NCBI GenBank assembly: GCA_963827275.1
Contig: CAWHAA010000001.1
Location: 32,001 to 96,000, forward strand
From: an uncultured Spirochaetota bacterium
GTDB lineage: Bacteria; Spirochaetota; UBA4802; UBA5550
Reading direction: 5' to 3'
Length of the DNA: 64,000 nucleotides
The notes under the pieces are model-generated. The model was not told the origin of the DNA, ran no database searches, and was given only the letters and a program-made list of their open reading frames with translations. How positions within the stretch are numbered: the stretch's first letter is position 1; each line of letters starts with the position of its first letter. Positions 19,450-29,791 of this stretch are shown here, piece by piece. A program made the translations under genes and the position numbers.

Positions 19450-20541
19450 TTATGTAAGGACTTCGGTCATCACCCTTTTCAGGAGGTCCGCCGGTATGTG
19501 CTGATTAATCCTCGGTTTTCCCAGCCCGTCAAGCAAAACAAAATTCACGGCGCCCCCGAAATTTTTCTTATCGTACGCCATGTGCCCGATGACGCCGTCG
19601 ACATCAAGGCCCTCCATGCGTTCCGCCAGCCCGTAGCGGTCGATCAGGGTGCCGACGCGGGCGGCATCGCCCTCGGTCACGAGACCCATCCGCCGCATGG
19701 CCTCGATCTTCACGCGGATCCCCGCGGCGACGGCACCGCCGTGCGAAATGCCCCGGTACTCCATGAAGGACTCGATGGCATGCCCGACGGTATGGCCGAA
19801 ATTCAGGATGGCCCGCAGGCCGCTCTCCCGCTCGTCCTTTTCCACGACGCCCGCCTTGAACGAGGCCGAAAGCGCGACGAGGCGCTCGACCGCGTCCCGC
19901 CCCCTGATCGAGGCCAGGTCGTTGGCCTGGAGGAGACCCAGGGTGTGCGGCTCGCCGACCAGCCCGTGCTTGAGCGCCTCGGCGATTCCGTTCTTCAGCT
20001 CGCCATCGGGAAGCGTCCCGATGAATACCGGGTCGCTCACCACCATCAGCGGCTGGCGGAACACCCCGGCGATGTTCTTTCCCACGGACAGGTTGACCGC
20101 CGCTTTCCCCCCTATGCTCGAGTCCACCATCGCCAGCAGGGTCGTCGGGACATGGACCACCGGGACCCCCCGCATGTAGAGGCCCGCGCAGTAGCCGGCA
20201 AAATCGCCGACCACGCCGCCCCCGATGCCGATTATCGCCGATTTGCGGTTCAGCCCGCTCTCGATGAACTTTTCGAGGAAGCGCCCCGCATGTGCGTAGC
20301 TCTTGTTCTCCTCGGAATCGTCAAAAACAAGGAAGCGGCACCTGTCCCGGATCCCGGCGAGCGCCTCGTCTATGTACGGCCGGTGCAGGTCATACACGCG
20401 CGCGCCGGCTATCACCGCGATGCGCTCGAACGGGTACAGCTCCTTGCGGCGAAGGGACTCGCCCAGGATGCCGCTGCCGATGAGAATCTCATAGGCAGCG
20501 CCGCCCGCGGACGCCGATATGTGCCGTATTACATCTGCCAT
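19450..20541 (-). CDS. aroB: 3-dehydroquinate synthase
   Basis: GGGVVGD, YMRG, VPTTLLAMVDSSIGGK, LNFGHTVGHAIE. Confidence 0.96.
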   Translation of the reverse strand: MADVIRHISASAGGAAYEILIGSGILGESLRRKELYPFERIAVIAGARVYDLHRPYIDEALAGIRDRCRFLVFDDSEENKSYAHAGRFLEKFIESGLNRKSAIIGIGGGVVGDFAGYCAGLYMRGVPVVHVPTTLLAMVDSSIGGKAAVNLSVGKNIAGVFRQPLMVVSDPVFIGTLPDGELKNGIAEALKHGLVGEPHTLGLLQANDLASIRGRDAVERLVALSASFKAGVVEKDERESGLRAILNFGHTVGHAIESFMEYRGISHGGAVAAGIRVKIEAMRRMGLVTEGDAARVGTLIDRYGLAERMEGLDVDGVIGHMAYDKKNFGGAVNFVLLDGLGKPRINQHIPADLLKRVMTEVLT

Positions 20542-20984
20542 AAGCTTCCCAGGTACTGTTCATGTTCGCGGTGTTCGATGATCGACGAGAGGGTATCGTT
20601 GATAGGGGGATAGAGGCGCATCCGGGAAATCTCTTCCGGGCTGAAAAACCCGTAGTCGCGCAGGCGCCGTTCTTTCCCGATACGGTATTCCCCGCCGCGG
20701 TACGAGCAAAAGAACGAAATGTTCAGGATGTGGCGTTTCCCGTGCGGCTCGATGGCGTCGCTCATGCAGGCAAAGCCCTCCACGCCGACGCGTATGCCGA
20801 GCTCCTCGCAGAACTCGCGCTCGAGCGCCCGGACAAGCGATTCACCGTACTGTACCCCGCCCCCGGGGAGCAGCCAGTATGTCTCGCCCTTTTTCCTGTG
20901 TGATATCAGGAGGAGGGCCCCGTCCCGGACAAGGATCCCAGACACCCGCACCCTGACCATCCTGTTGAACATGTCAAATATCAA
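20529..20984 (-). CDS. NUDIX hydrolase
   Basis: Nudix box PGGGVQYGESLVRALEREFCEELG. Confidence 0.92.
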   Translation of the reverse strand: MIFDMFNRMVRVRVSGILVRDGALLLISHRKKGETYWLLPGGGVQYGESLVRALEREFCEELGIRVGVEGFACMSDAIEPHGKRHILNISFFCSYRGGEYRIGKERRLRDYGFFSPEEISRMRLYPPINDTLSSIIEHREHEQYLGSLWQM

Positions 20985-21732
20985 GGTCGCCTGCCTCTAT
21001 CTTCTTGAGGGAGGCCCGCGCCGCGTTCATCTCGGCCTTTCGCTTGCTCGGCCCTTCGCCGGTGACGACCTCCCTGCCGTTGATCACCAGGCTCACGGTG
21101 AATTCCTTCTGGTGGTCGGGCCCCCGTTCATCGATGACGCGGTAAACCGGGCGCTCCTTGTATTTTTTCTGAACATATTCCTGGAGGGCCGTTTTCGGGT
21201 CGCGCAGGTACGTGAGGTTATTGACCCTGCCTATCTCGTCCCGCAGGAGCGAGAGTACCAGCTTGCGGCATTCCTTGAGGCCCGAGTCCAGGTAGAGGGC
21301 GCCGATGATCGCCTCAACGGTGTTTGCCAGGATCGACGACCGGTCCCTGCCGCCGCTGTGCTCCTCACCCCTCCCCATGAAGATGAACCTGCCGAGGTCG
21401 GTGCTCCGCGCCAGCTTGGCGAGCGTCGCCTCAGACACGACGGCGGACTTGATCTTGGCGAGCTCGCCCTCGCGGTACTCCTCGAATTCCCTGTATAAAT
21501 ATTCATTGACGACAAGCCCGAGCACCGAGTCGCCGAGATATTCAAGCCGCTCGTTGTCCGTAGTCGCCCCCCCTGATTCATTCACAAACGACCGGTGCGT
21601 GAGGGCGCGCTTCAGGAGGTTCTTGTTCTTGAATTTTACATGAATAACTTTTTGAAGCCGGTCAATAGTGGTGTCTGCGATTTTCTTTTCTTGCCGCTTT
21701 TTTTTTGTATGTGGTGTGTTTTCCGGTACCAT
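20974..21732 (-). CDS. rnc: Ribonuclease III
   Basis: ALTHRS, NERLEYLGDSVL, dsRBD DPKTALQE...GPSKRKAEMNAA. Confidence 0.96.
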   Translation of the reverse strand: MVPENTPHTKKKRQEKKIADTTIDRLQKVIHVKFKNKNLLKRALTHRSFVNESGGATTDNERLEYLGDSVLGLVVNEYLYREFEEYREGELAKIKSAVVSEATLAKLARSTDLGRFIFMGRGEEHSGGRDRSSILANTVEAIIGALYLDSGLKECRKLVLSLLRDEIGRVNNLTYLRDPKTALQEYVQKKYKERPVYRVIDERGPDHQKEFTVSLVINGREVVTGEGPSKRKAEMNAARASLKKIEAGDLDI

Positions 21733-21765
21733 GGGTTTCAGGCCGCCCTGCGGGCAAAAGCGCTA

Positions 21766-22005
21766 TCACTTTCCCAGGACGGTTTCGAGGTACTTGACGA
21801 CATTGTCAACCTTCTGGAACCCATCGGCGTCCTGCTCCGGTATATCTATCTTGAACTCGGCCTCCAGCGCCATGACCAGCTCTACCGAGTCGATGGAATC
21901 CGCGCCGAGATCATCGACAAAATGCGCATCGCCGGTCACCAGCTCGTCGTCCACATTGAGCTGTTTCGTGATAATCTTCTGTACACGTTCAAAAACAGTC
22001 GCCAT
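21766..22005 (-). CDS. acpP: Acyl carrier protein
   Basis: DLGADSIDSVELVMALEAEF; start ATG 22005 with GGGAGG RBS. Confidence 0.95.
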   Translation of the reverse strand: MATVFERVQKIITKQLNVDDELVTGDAHFVDDLGADSIDSVELVMALEAEFKIDIPEQDADGFQKVDNVVKYLETVLGK

Positions 22006-22148
22006 GTTCTTCCTCCCGGGCCCCTGCAGACGAAAATACCGGCATGGAACAGCCGCCCGTACCAGCAATAGTTATCGGTAAATATAAAATTGTCAAGATA
22101 TTCTGCAAAAAACGGCCTGCCGGACCGCCGTCCGGGCCAGCGGCAAAA

Positions 22149-22175
22149 AAAAAGACGCCCTGGCGGCGTCTTTTT
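22149..22175. terminator. Intrinsic terminator (bidirectional) downstream of rpmF
   Basis: AAAAAGACGCC-CTGGC-GGCGTCTTTTT. Confidence 0.75.
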
Positions 22176-22197
22176 CCTGATGATCGATATGCTCGGA

Positions 22198-22389
22198 CTA
22201 TTCCTTGATCTTCACCTTTTTTTCAACGATGACTGTTCCCTTGTAAGAACCGCATTCAGGACATACCCTGTGCGGGAGCGTGTAGGCGCCGCAGCGGGGA
22301 CAGGGCCTGAGGTTGGGAACTCCGATAGCGTCATGGGAGCGTCTCATTCTTGATTTGGACTTCGATTTCCTTCTCTTTGGTAATGCCAC
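22198..22389 (-). CDS. rpmF: 50S ribosomal protein L32
   Basis: [34 protein letters not shown]. Confidence 0.96.
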   Translation of the reverse strand: MALPKRRKSKSKSRMRRSHDAIGVPNLRPCPRCGAYTLPHRVCPECGSYKGTVIVEKKVKIKE

Positions 22390-22478
22390 GATACAACTCC
22401 ATTAGTGCCTAAATTAAAACCGTATGGTATCAGGGATTTTCAATATTTTGACCAAAATCTGTCAAGATATTTTTTGAA

Positions 22479-23189
22479 TTATTTGCCGCCCAGCAGGAAC
22501 AGCCTCTTTTTCGCCATCTGCGCATAGGATGATTCGGGAAATGACTTGATCACCCGGTCATAGCTGTTCCGCGCATTTATGATGTCGTTCATCTTGCCAT
22601 ACACGCGGGCCTGGTTGAAGAAGATCTGGTCGGCGACCATGCTCTCGGAATACTTGTCCTCAAGGCGCTTGTAGATTTCCATCGCGCCCTTCAGGTCCTT
22701 TGCCTCCTCCAGGGCGACGGCCGCCTTCAGCAGGGCCAGCGGCGCGAGGCGGCTCTTCGGCTTCTTGTCGGCAAAGCGCACAAGGCACGCGCTCGCTTCG
22801 CGATACTTGTCCTGGACGTAATACATGTTGCCGAGGGCGTAAAAACCCGCGATATGCGCGAAGCCGAAATAGGTGTCATCGACAAATTTTTGCATCTCGA
22901 CGGTGACGCCCTTGATCTTTTCGATGTCACCGGTCGCGGAATCTTTCGCGTAACGTTCCATTATCTTGTCAAAGCGCTGGTTGTTACGGGCGGTCGCGAA
23001 ATCCGCGGCGATCACGGCACCCAGTATGATCACAATGAGCGCAAGCAGGCCGGCCAGTGAATAGAGGACCGGCTTCCTGTTGTTTTTCAACACGTCTTTC
23101 GCGTCCATGAGAAACTGCTCAATGACGTTTCTCTCGATCTCGATCTTGCTGGCCTCGCGCTCCGGCCTGTTCCTCGGTTTCCGTGCCAT
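22479..23189 (-). CDS. Membrane-anchored TPR protein (YfgM-like)
   Basis: Single TM segment followed by TPR repeats. Confidence 0.75.
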   Translation of the reverse strand: MARKPRNRPEREASKIEIERNVIEQFLMDAKDVLKNNRKPVLYSLAGLLALIVIILGAVIAADFATARNNQRFDKIMERYAKDSATGDIEKIKGVTVEMQKFVDDTYFGFAHIAGFYALGNMYYVQDKYREASACLVRFADKKPKSRLAPLALLKAAVALEEAKDLKGAMEIYKRLEDKYSESMVADQIFFNQARVYGKMNDIINARNSYDRVIKSFPESSYAQMAKKRLFLLGGK

Positions 23190-23192
23190 CGG

Positions 23193-24863
23193 TTATTTGT
23201 TCTCCAGGTTTATATTGACGAAATCTCCAAGGGTGACCGTGCTCGGCCTCGTTCCCTTCATTATCCTTTCCAGCTCCTCCTTCTCGGAGGCCGACTCGAA
23301 GCTCTTGATGCTCAGCGAAAGCCGCTTCTTGTCAACGTCAACGTCGAGCACCACCGCGCTCACGGGATCGCCGATCTTGAATTCATCCTCGAGTTTTTCA
23401 ATACGCCTTCTCGAGATCTCGGATATGTGGACCAGGCCCTCGACGTCGTTCTCGATCTTCACGAAAAGCCCGAAAAGGGTGATGCCCGAAACCGTCCCCT
23501 CGACGCGGGTGCGCGGCGGATATTTCTGCTTGATCAGCTCCCAGGGCGAGCGGGTGAGCTGCTTGAGGCCGCACGCTATCTTCATCTGTTCCCTGTTGAT
23601 CTCCAGGATCTTGATTTCCACTTCGCCGCCCGCCGCGTACTGTTCGGGAACGCTCCGTATGTTGCCTTCCCACGAAATATCGGAAAGATGCACCAGGCCG
23701 TCGATCCCCTCCTCAAGCTCGACGAACATGCCGAACTTGACGATTTTCTTTATCTTCTTGCGGTGGACGGAGCCGACCGGGAAGCGCTCATGAACCGTGT
23801 CCCACGGATTCGGGGCGAGCTGCTTGTATCCCAGGGTCAGCTTCCGCTCCTCCTGATTGATGTCAAGCACCATGAAATTGACGGGCTCTCCCTTCTTCAG
23901 TATGTCCGCGGCATTGACGCCGCTCTTGCTCCAGGACAGGTCCGCGTTGCCGACGAATCCTTCGACGCCGTCGTCTATCTCGACAAACGCCCCGTGGTTC
24001 GTGATGGTGACGACCTTGCCCGACACGGTATCGCCCGGCTTGTATTTTTCATTTATGCTGATCCAGGGGTCCTCGGCAAGCTGCTTGAGGCCGAGGGATA
24101 TCCGCCGGTCCGCGCGGTTGATATCGAGGATCACGAACTCCTGCTCCTTGCCGAGCTTCAGCACCTTGCGCTGCTTGAAGACCTTTTTCCAGGACATGTC
24201 ATTGCGGTGCAGGAGGGCATCCAGCCCCTCGACCCGCACGAATATGCCGAACTCCACGTATTTCAGGCCGACGCCGGTAACGATGTCGCCCGGCTTGTAC
24301 TTGGCGGCGAAGCTCTCCCACCTGGCCTCGATCTCCTCGTCCAGGTAGTCCTTGCGCGACACCACTATTGATTTCTTTTTTTTATCGATGCTCTTTATCT
24401 TGAAGGTGTATTCCTCGTCGGACTCATTCCTGTTTTTCAGGTCGGCGGTAAGGGAGAACGGGAGAAAGGCGATGACGCCGCCGCAATCGACCAGCTTCCC
24501 CTTGTTGATCGAGCTCTTGATCCTGCCGGAGATGGAGGTGTGGCCCTGGTCGCACAGCTCCATGAATTTTTTCCAGCCGAGCTCCGCCGACGCGGAGTTC
24601 TTTGAAAACTGGAACATCCCGTCCACCATTCTCTTGTTCTGCATCATGACGGGGACAACGTCGCCGATCACCGGCTTTTCATCGAATTCCTGGAGCGGGA
24701 TCCTGCCGTCGGTCTTGGAGCCGACATTCACGTATACGTAATCGCTGTCGATGGTTACAATTTCACCCTGTATGATCATGCCGGGCTGGATATCTTCCGC
24801 GGTCGAATCCGCGACATGTTCCATGTCTATGTTTTCATTGGGTTCGGGGGTGAAATTCTCCAT
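23193..24863 (-). CDS. rpsA: 30S ribosomal protein S1
   Basis: Six S1 repeats (FGMFVELEEGIDGLVHLSDISW, ISLGLKQL..DPW). Confidence 0.95.
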   Translation of the reverse strand: MENFTPEPNENIDMEHVADSTAEDIQPGMIIQGEIVTIDSDYVYVNVGSKTDGRIPLQEFDEKPVIGDVVPVMMQNKRMVDGMFQFSKNSASAELGWKKFMELCDQGHTSISGRIKSSINKGKLVDCGGVIAFLPFSLTADLKNRNESDEEYTFKIKSIDKKKKSIVVSRKDYLDEEIEARWESFAAKYKPGDIVTGVGLKYVEFGIFVRVEGLDALLHRNDMSWKKVFKQRKVLKLGKEQEFVILDINRADRRISLGLKQLAEDPWISINEKYKPGDTVSGKVVTITNHGAFVEIDDGVEGFVGNADLSWSKSGVNAADILKKGEPVNFMVLDINQEERKLTLGYKQLAPNPWDTVHERFPVGSVHRKKIKKIVKFGMFVELEEGIDGLVHLSDISWEGNIRSVPEQYAAGGEVEIKILEINREQMKIACGLKQLTRSPWELIKQKYPPRTRVEGTVSGITLFGLFVKIENDVEGLVHISEISRRRIEKLEDEFKIGDPVSAVVLDVDVDKKRLSLSIKSFESASEKEELERIMKGTRPSTVTLGDFVNINLENK

Positions 24864-24959
24864 GGCCTTCCATCCTGGTTTTAGTTAGATACAACCGTCC
24901 GTCCGCCCTCGCGGAAGCATCCGCGGTGCGGCCGCCGGTCTCCGCCGGTCCGGCACATG

Positions 24960-25634
24960 TTATGGCTTGATGTGAAGGACCAGGTCCTTTATAGTACCGA
25001 CAACTTGTTCCATTGTCATGTTCGATGTGTCGAGGTACACAGCGTCATGGGCGCGGACGAGTGCGCCGTACGGCCGCCGCCTGTCCTGCTCGTCACGCTG
25101 TATAATCTGTTTTTTGATTAGATTTTCGTCAACATTTTTTCCCAATTCCCGGTATTCTTTGATCCGGCGGCCGGCACGCACTTCAACCGACGCGTCCAGG
25201 TAAAGCTTCAGATCGGCGTCGGGGAACACCACGGAGCCGATGTCCCTGCCGTCCATGATAATGGACCTGCTCCCGGCCCACTTCCGGAGAAGGCCGTTCA
25301 CGAAATTACGCACGTCCACGTTGTCGGATATTATGCCGATGTTCTTCGCGATGGCCTCGTCCCTGACAAGGAGCGTGACATCGACGCCGTTCACGCTGGT
25401 CAGGGAGACGCCGTCGCGGGTGAATTCCTGTGAAATATCAAGCGCGGCGATGTCGCCGGTGAAGGTGAACGCGGGCGTGATCCCGCCGTCACGGCGGAGG
25501 ACATGCCAGGTGATGGACCGGTAGATCGCGCCGGAATCGATGTAGGTGAGCCCCGCGTCGACCGCCACGCGGCGCGATACGCTGCTCTTCCCCGAGCCCG
25601 CGGGCCCGTCAACCGCCACCGTTATCTTCCTCAT
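24960..25634 (-). CDS. cmk: Cytidylate kinase
   Basis: DGPAGSGKS, DSGAIYR, MDGRDIGSVVFPDA. Confidence 0.96.
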   Translation of the reverse strand: MRKITVAVDGPAGSGKSSVSRRVAVDAGLTYIDSGAIYRSITWHVLRRDGGITPAFTFTGDIAALDISQEFTRDGVSLTSVNGVDVTLLVRDEAIAKNIGIISDNVDVRNFVNGLLRKWAGSRSIIMDGRDIGSVVFPDADLKLYLDASVEVRAGRRIKEYRELGKNVDENLIKKQIIQRDEQDRRRPYGALVRAHDAVYLDTSNMTMEQVVGTIKDLVLHIKP

Positions 25635-26494
25635 TTAAGACCGTCCCGTACCGACTTCGCGCCGGCGAAATACTCATGCAGCCGTCCGCCGTCCGTGTCC
25701 GACAGGGCCTTCCTGATGCGCCCGAGCTCGGCGGCCATGCGGTCTATCGCTTCGATGATGTTGTCCCTGTTCATGAGGGATATATCGCGCCACATGTCGG
25801 GAGACCCGGAGGCGACCCTGGTCGTGTCCCGGAAGCCGTTTCCGATAAAGGCGCCCGGGTCCGCGACGCCGCGGAGGGTGCGAAATTCACGGAACACCGC
25901 CACAAGCGAGGCGGCGACGAGGTGCGGGAGATGGCTGGTGTAGGTCACGATGCGGTCGTGCTCGTCCGGGGAAACCTCGAGGGTACGGGCCCCCAGAGAT
26001 TCCCAGAACCGGCCGACCGCGGCGACGTCCTCGGCGCGGTTACGCCGGTGAGGGGTGATGATGACCGAGGCGCCGCTGAAGAGGTCGTCCCTGGCGTGCT
26101 CGTATCCCATCTTCTCCGACCCCGCCATGGGATGGCACCCGATGAACTGCCCCGCCCTGTCGAGCCGTTCCACCGAGCTGATGACGCGCTCCTTGACGCT
26201 CCCGACGTCGATCACGATGGCATGCGGCTCCAGGTCGGGCGCGGAAAGGATGCGATGTATTATTTCAAGCGAGGAATCCACCGGGGTCGACACCACGGCG
26301 AGGTCAACGCCGGCGAGGGACACCCGGTCGAACCCGCCGATGGAATCAACGAAGCGCGACTCGAGCGCCGGCGCTAGCCGCTCGGGGCTCCTCCCGTAGG
26401 CGTGGATGCGCGTGCCGGGAGCTGTCTTTTTCAGGCCCCTGCAGATGGAACCGCCCAGCAAACCCAGGCCGAATAGTGCGATGGTGGTGAACAT
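25631..26494 (-). CDS. tyrA: Prephenate dehydrogenase
   Basis: GLGLLGGS, DVGSVK, HPMAGSE, HD..V..TSHLPH, GFRDTTRVA. Confidence 0.94.
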   Translation of the reverse strand: MFTTIALFGLGLLGGSICRGLKKTAPGTRIHAYGRSPERLAPALESRFVDSIGGFDRVSLAGVDLAVVSTPVDSSLEIIHRILSAPDLEPHAIVIDVGSVKERVISSVERLDRAGQFIGCHPMAGSEKMGYEHARDDLFSGASVIITPHRRNRAEDVAAVGRFWESLGARTLEVSPDEHDRIVTYTSHLPHLVAASLVAVFREFRTLRGVADPGAFIGNGFRDTTRVASGSPDMWRDISLMNRDNIIEAIDRMAAELGRIRKALSDTDGGRLHEYFAGAKSVRDGLK

Positions 26495-26558
26495 GCTGTC
26501 CCGTCAGTAGCGGCGCGGAAGGTGCGCGCGCGCCGCAGAAAAATTCATGGCCGGACGC

Positions 26559-27617
26559 CTAACTGCCGACCGGGTATGAGCCGAGTATCTTGAGAAACAT
26601 CGTTTCAGCCTTTACCAGCGCCAGGGCCTGCCGAACCGTTTCGTCCCCGGTATGGCCCATGAAATCGATGAAAAAATTATACTCCCAGATCTTCTTCTTG
26701 TCAGGCCTCGATTCGATCTTCGTCATGTTGATGCCCGCGTCGCTGAACGGCTTCAGGAGCGCCAGGAGCGCGCCCGGCCTGTCCTTCACCGCGCATACGA
26801 TCGAGGTCTTGTCATTGCCGGTGGCGGGTTCCGGCTCCCTGCCGAGCAGGAAAAACCTCGTAACGTTCTGGCGGGAATCCTCTATCATGGTGGCGAGCGT
26901 GTTCAGCCCGTAGATCTCGGCCGCGAGGCCGGACGAGATGGCGGCGGCGCCCTCTTCCCGCGAAACGATCTCAGCGGCGCGCGAGGTAGAATCGACGCTG
27001 ATCACTTCCGCGTTCGGCAGGTTTCCCCTGATCCACCCCTTGCACTGGCCGATGGTCTGGGGGTGCGAGTAAATTTTCCTGATGGAAGACATGCTCCGGT
27101 CGCGCGACAGCAGGCTGTAGGTCACCCTGACGAACTGCTCCGACTTTATTACAAGGCTCGTCTCAACCAGCTCGTCAAGGGTGAAGGTGACCGGTCCCTC
27201 GGTGCTGTTCTCCACCGGCACGACGCCGTACCGTGCGGCGCCCGCCTCCACCTGCTGGAACACGTCCTGAATCGTCCGCTGCGGCAGCGGCGTTATGGCT
27301 TCGCCGAACAGCTGCCTGACCGCGATCGCGGTGAAGGTGCCCTCCGGCCCCAGGAAGGCCACGGTGGCCGGCGCGACGGACGCCATCGCGCCGGAAAGCA
27401 TGTCAACATAGATTTTCTTGATGATGTCGGCGGAGAGCGGGCCGTTGTTGAACTTTTCGATCATGTCAAAGAGCGCGCCGCGGTCCCCGGCGCTGAAGAG
27501 GTCGCCCGCGGGCCGCTTCCTGAGCTCCTCCATGTAGAGGGCCGACCGGCGCGAGATCAGGTCCATGATCTCCCTGTCGATCCGCTCGATGTCTTCCCTG
27601 GACGCCATGTCATTCAT
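26559..27617 (-). CDS. pheA: Chorismate mutase / prephenate dehydratase (P-protein)
   Basis: N-terminal REDIERIDREI, FLGPEGT, PVENSTEG, SHPQ, NVTRF, TKIESRP. Confidence 0.95.
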   Translation of the reverse strand: MNDMASREDIERIDREIMDLISRRSALYMEELRKRPAGDLFSAGDRGALFDMIEKFNNGPLSADIIKKIYVDMLSGAMASVAPATVAFLGPEGTFTAIAVRQLFGEAITPLPQRTIQDVFQQVEAGAARYGVVPVENSTEGPVTFTLDELVETSLVIKSEQFVRVTYSLLSRDRSMSSIRKIYSHPQTIGQCKGWIRGNLPNAEVISVDSTSRAAEIVSREEGAAAISSGLAAEIYGLNTLATMIEDSRQNVTRFFLLGREPEPATGNDKTSIVCAVKDRPGALLALLKPFSDAGINMTKIESRPDKKKIWEYNFFIDFMGHTGDETVRQALALVKAETMFLKILGSYPVGS

Positions 27618-28215
27618 CCCAGTTTAATGAGAATTCCTTGATTTCGGAAAGCTTCGGGAGGTCCGCAAGCTTGTTAAGGCCGAAATATTTCAAAAATTCG
27701 ATGGTCGTGCCATAGGCAAGGGGACGCCCCGGCAGCTCCTTGCGCCCCACCGGCTTCACCAGGGTGCGCTCCATCAATTTCACCACCATCATTCTCGATG
27801 AGACGCCCCGCAGCTCGTCTATCTCCGCAAGCACGATCGGCTGCTTGTAGGCGATGATCGACAGCGTCTCCATCATCCCCTTTGACAGGCCCTCGCGCTT
27901 CCTGACGCCGATGACCCTGCGCAGCTGGTCCGCGTAGCGCCCGCTCGTGACGAACTGGTACCCGCGGGCAATCTCCTGGAGCAGTATGCCGCCGTCGCGG
28001 TCGCCGTATTCATCGACGAGGGAATCGAGGATGATCTTCGCCTGCGTCGGGTCGATGGAAAAATTGGTGACGAAGAATGAAAGCGGTACAGGCTCGTTGC
28101 TCAGAAACAGCACCGCCTCCATCAATCCCTTTATCGATTCATCGTCCCTGTGGGCATCATCAGGCCCGGTTTCCTGGCCGTCTTTTTCCACGACATCATC
28201 CTGTATGGTTGCCAT
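27610..28215 (-). CDS. scpB: SMC-Scp complex subunit ScpB
   Basis: EAVLF, ETLSIIAYKQP, GRPLAYGTT.EFLKYFGL..L.DLP. Confidence 0.95.
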   Translation of the reverse strand: MATIQDDVVEKDGQETGPDDAHRDDESIKGLMEAVLFLSNEPVPLSFFVTNFSIDPTQAKIILDSLVDEYGDRDGGILLQEIARGYQFVTSGRYADQLRRVIGVRKREGLSKGMMETLSIIAYKQPIVLAEIDELRGVSSRMMVVKLMERTLVKPVGRKELPGRPLAYGTTIEFLKYFGLNKLADLPKLSEIKEFSLNWDE

Positions 28216-28231
28216 TGCTCCTCGTAATCCG

Positions 28232-29008
28232 CTATAACGTCTCCGGTAATGCCGCGGCGTTTTTCACTATCCGGATGGTGCCGAATACTTTATGCTGCAG
28301 CAGCCGTATTATCCTTGTCCTGGCCAGTTCCAGTATCGCCATGAACGACACCACGATCTCCATGCGCGACGGGTTCGTCGGGAAGATCTCGGGGAAATGA
28401 AGCACGTCCCGCTCGGCCAGCATCTTTTTTATATACTCAATCCTGTCGCTTACCTGGATCTCGTCAAATACAATTTCCTTTTCATCCACCGCCTTCTGTG
28501 ACTCGATCACCGCCGCGAAGGCCTTGAGGAGGTCGAAGAGCGATACATCGCCGTAATCATCCACCTCGATAATCTCTTCATGAATGTTCATCCGCGCGTA
28601 CCGGTTGGCGCTGGTTTCGAATTCCTCCAGGAGCCTTCGGGAGGCGTTCTGGAACTTCTTGAATTCCAGGAGCTTCTGCACCAGCTCGGGCGGCAGGGGC
28701 GGGACGAAATATTCGTCCTCGATCTGGCCCGCCGGGAGCAGCGCGCAGCTTTTATAAAAGAGAAGCTCCGACGCCATGCGTACGAATTCCGTCGCCACCC
28801 GCACGTTCAGCTTTTCCATGAGCTTCATGTACGCCATGTACTGCTCGGTTATGTGCGAGATGGTAATCTCCGTGACATCGATCTTTGCCTTCTTTATCAG
28901 GTCCCACAACAGGTCGAGGGGCCCGTTAAAGTTATCGATGTGGAGTATCGGGTTGGGTTCCGCCGCCTCTGCCTGGGTAATCTCTGTTTTTTCCTGAATA
29001 TCGCTCAT
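28232..29008 (-). CDS. scpA: Segregation and condensation protein ScpA
   Basis: FNGPLDLLWDLI, ITEQY, VVSFMAILEL; start placed at ATG 29008. Confidence 0.92.
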   Translation of the reverse strand: MSDIQEKTEITQAEAAEPNPILHIDNFNGPLDLLWDLIKKAKIDVTEITISHITEQYMAYMKLMEKLNVRVATEFVRMASELLFYKSCALLPAGQIEDEYFVPPLPPELVQKLLEFKKFQNASRRLLEEFETSANRYARMNIHEEIIEVDDYGDVSLFDLLKAFAAVIESQKAVDEKEIVFDEIQVSDRIEYIKKMLAERDVLHFPEIFPTNPSRMEIVVSFMAILELARTRIIRLLQHKVFGTIRIVKNAAALPETL

Positions 29009-29159
29009 ACGACCGTTCCACTGACGTTCGATACGCCGCCGCGGCATTTCCGCCTGCACGGGGAATGCCGTGTGTACCGTTGCTTCATCACTATGCCGGA
29101 TTGCAGCGCCCATGACCGCCCGGCGACAGGTTCGTTCCCGCCGGGGCGGAGTATAACGC

Positions 29160-29189
29160 AAAAAGCCCCTTTTTGACAAGGGGCTTTTT
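29160..29189. terminator. Intrinsic terminator downstream of cheY
   Basis: AAAAAGCCCCTT...AAGGGGCTTTTT. Confidence 0.75.
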
Positions 29190-29226
29190 GTATATATCCG
29201 GCATAAATTATGTCAATCAGTTTATT

Positions 29227-29586
29227 TCAGGCAAGGGCTTTCTCGGCCGCCTTCTGGAGCCGTTCCGGGGGGAACGGCTTCACGACGAAGTCCCTGACGC
29301 CGAGCTTGATCGCCTTGGTGAGCAGGTTCTCCTGTCCGAGCGCGGTGACCATGATGATTCGTGCATTCGGGTCCTGGCGAAGGATCTCTTCCGCTGCCTC
29401 AATCCCGTCCTTTTCGCGCATGGTGATATCCATGGTCACGAGGTTCGGTTTCAGCCGCTTATACAGCTCTATCGCCTCGTTGCCGTTCTCGGCTTCACCG
29501 ATAATCTCATGCCCGGCAGGAACAAGCGCGTCCTTGACGAGAGTTCTCATGAATTTTGCATCATCTACAATTAAAATGGTCGCCAT
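29227..29586 (-). CDS. cheY: Chemotaxis response regulator CheY
   Basis: LIVDDA.FMR, MDITM, FVVKPF; single receiver domain in a che operon. Confidence 0.92.
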   Translation of the reverse strand: MATILIVDDAKFMRTLVKDALVPAGHEIIGEAENGNEAIELYKRLKPNLVTMDITMREKDGIEAAEEILRQDPNARIIMVTALGQENLLTKAIKLGVRDFVVKPFPPERLQKAAEKALA

Positions 29587-29791
29587 GCACCTACCCCATT
29601 TAATGTTTCGACATATCCGTAAAAAATATTAACGCCATATATACAAATTTTAAGACTTTTTCAACATTCCCGAACTTTTTTATTACCAGTCCCGATTCTC
29701 CGGTGTCGAACAGGCGCTGCCCCACGGCCTGAAAGAAGTGCATCGCTGCGATGTGTTAAAACAGGGCACATTGGCATAGTACAGTATTGTG

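Noticed and set aside
18982..20613. 543-aa plus-strand ORF
   Set aside because: Antisense to aroB and the STAS gene; a typical high-GC shadow frame.
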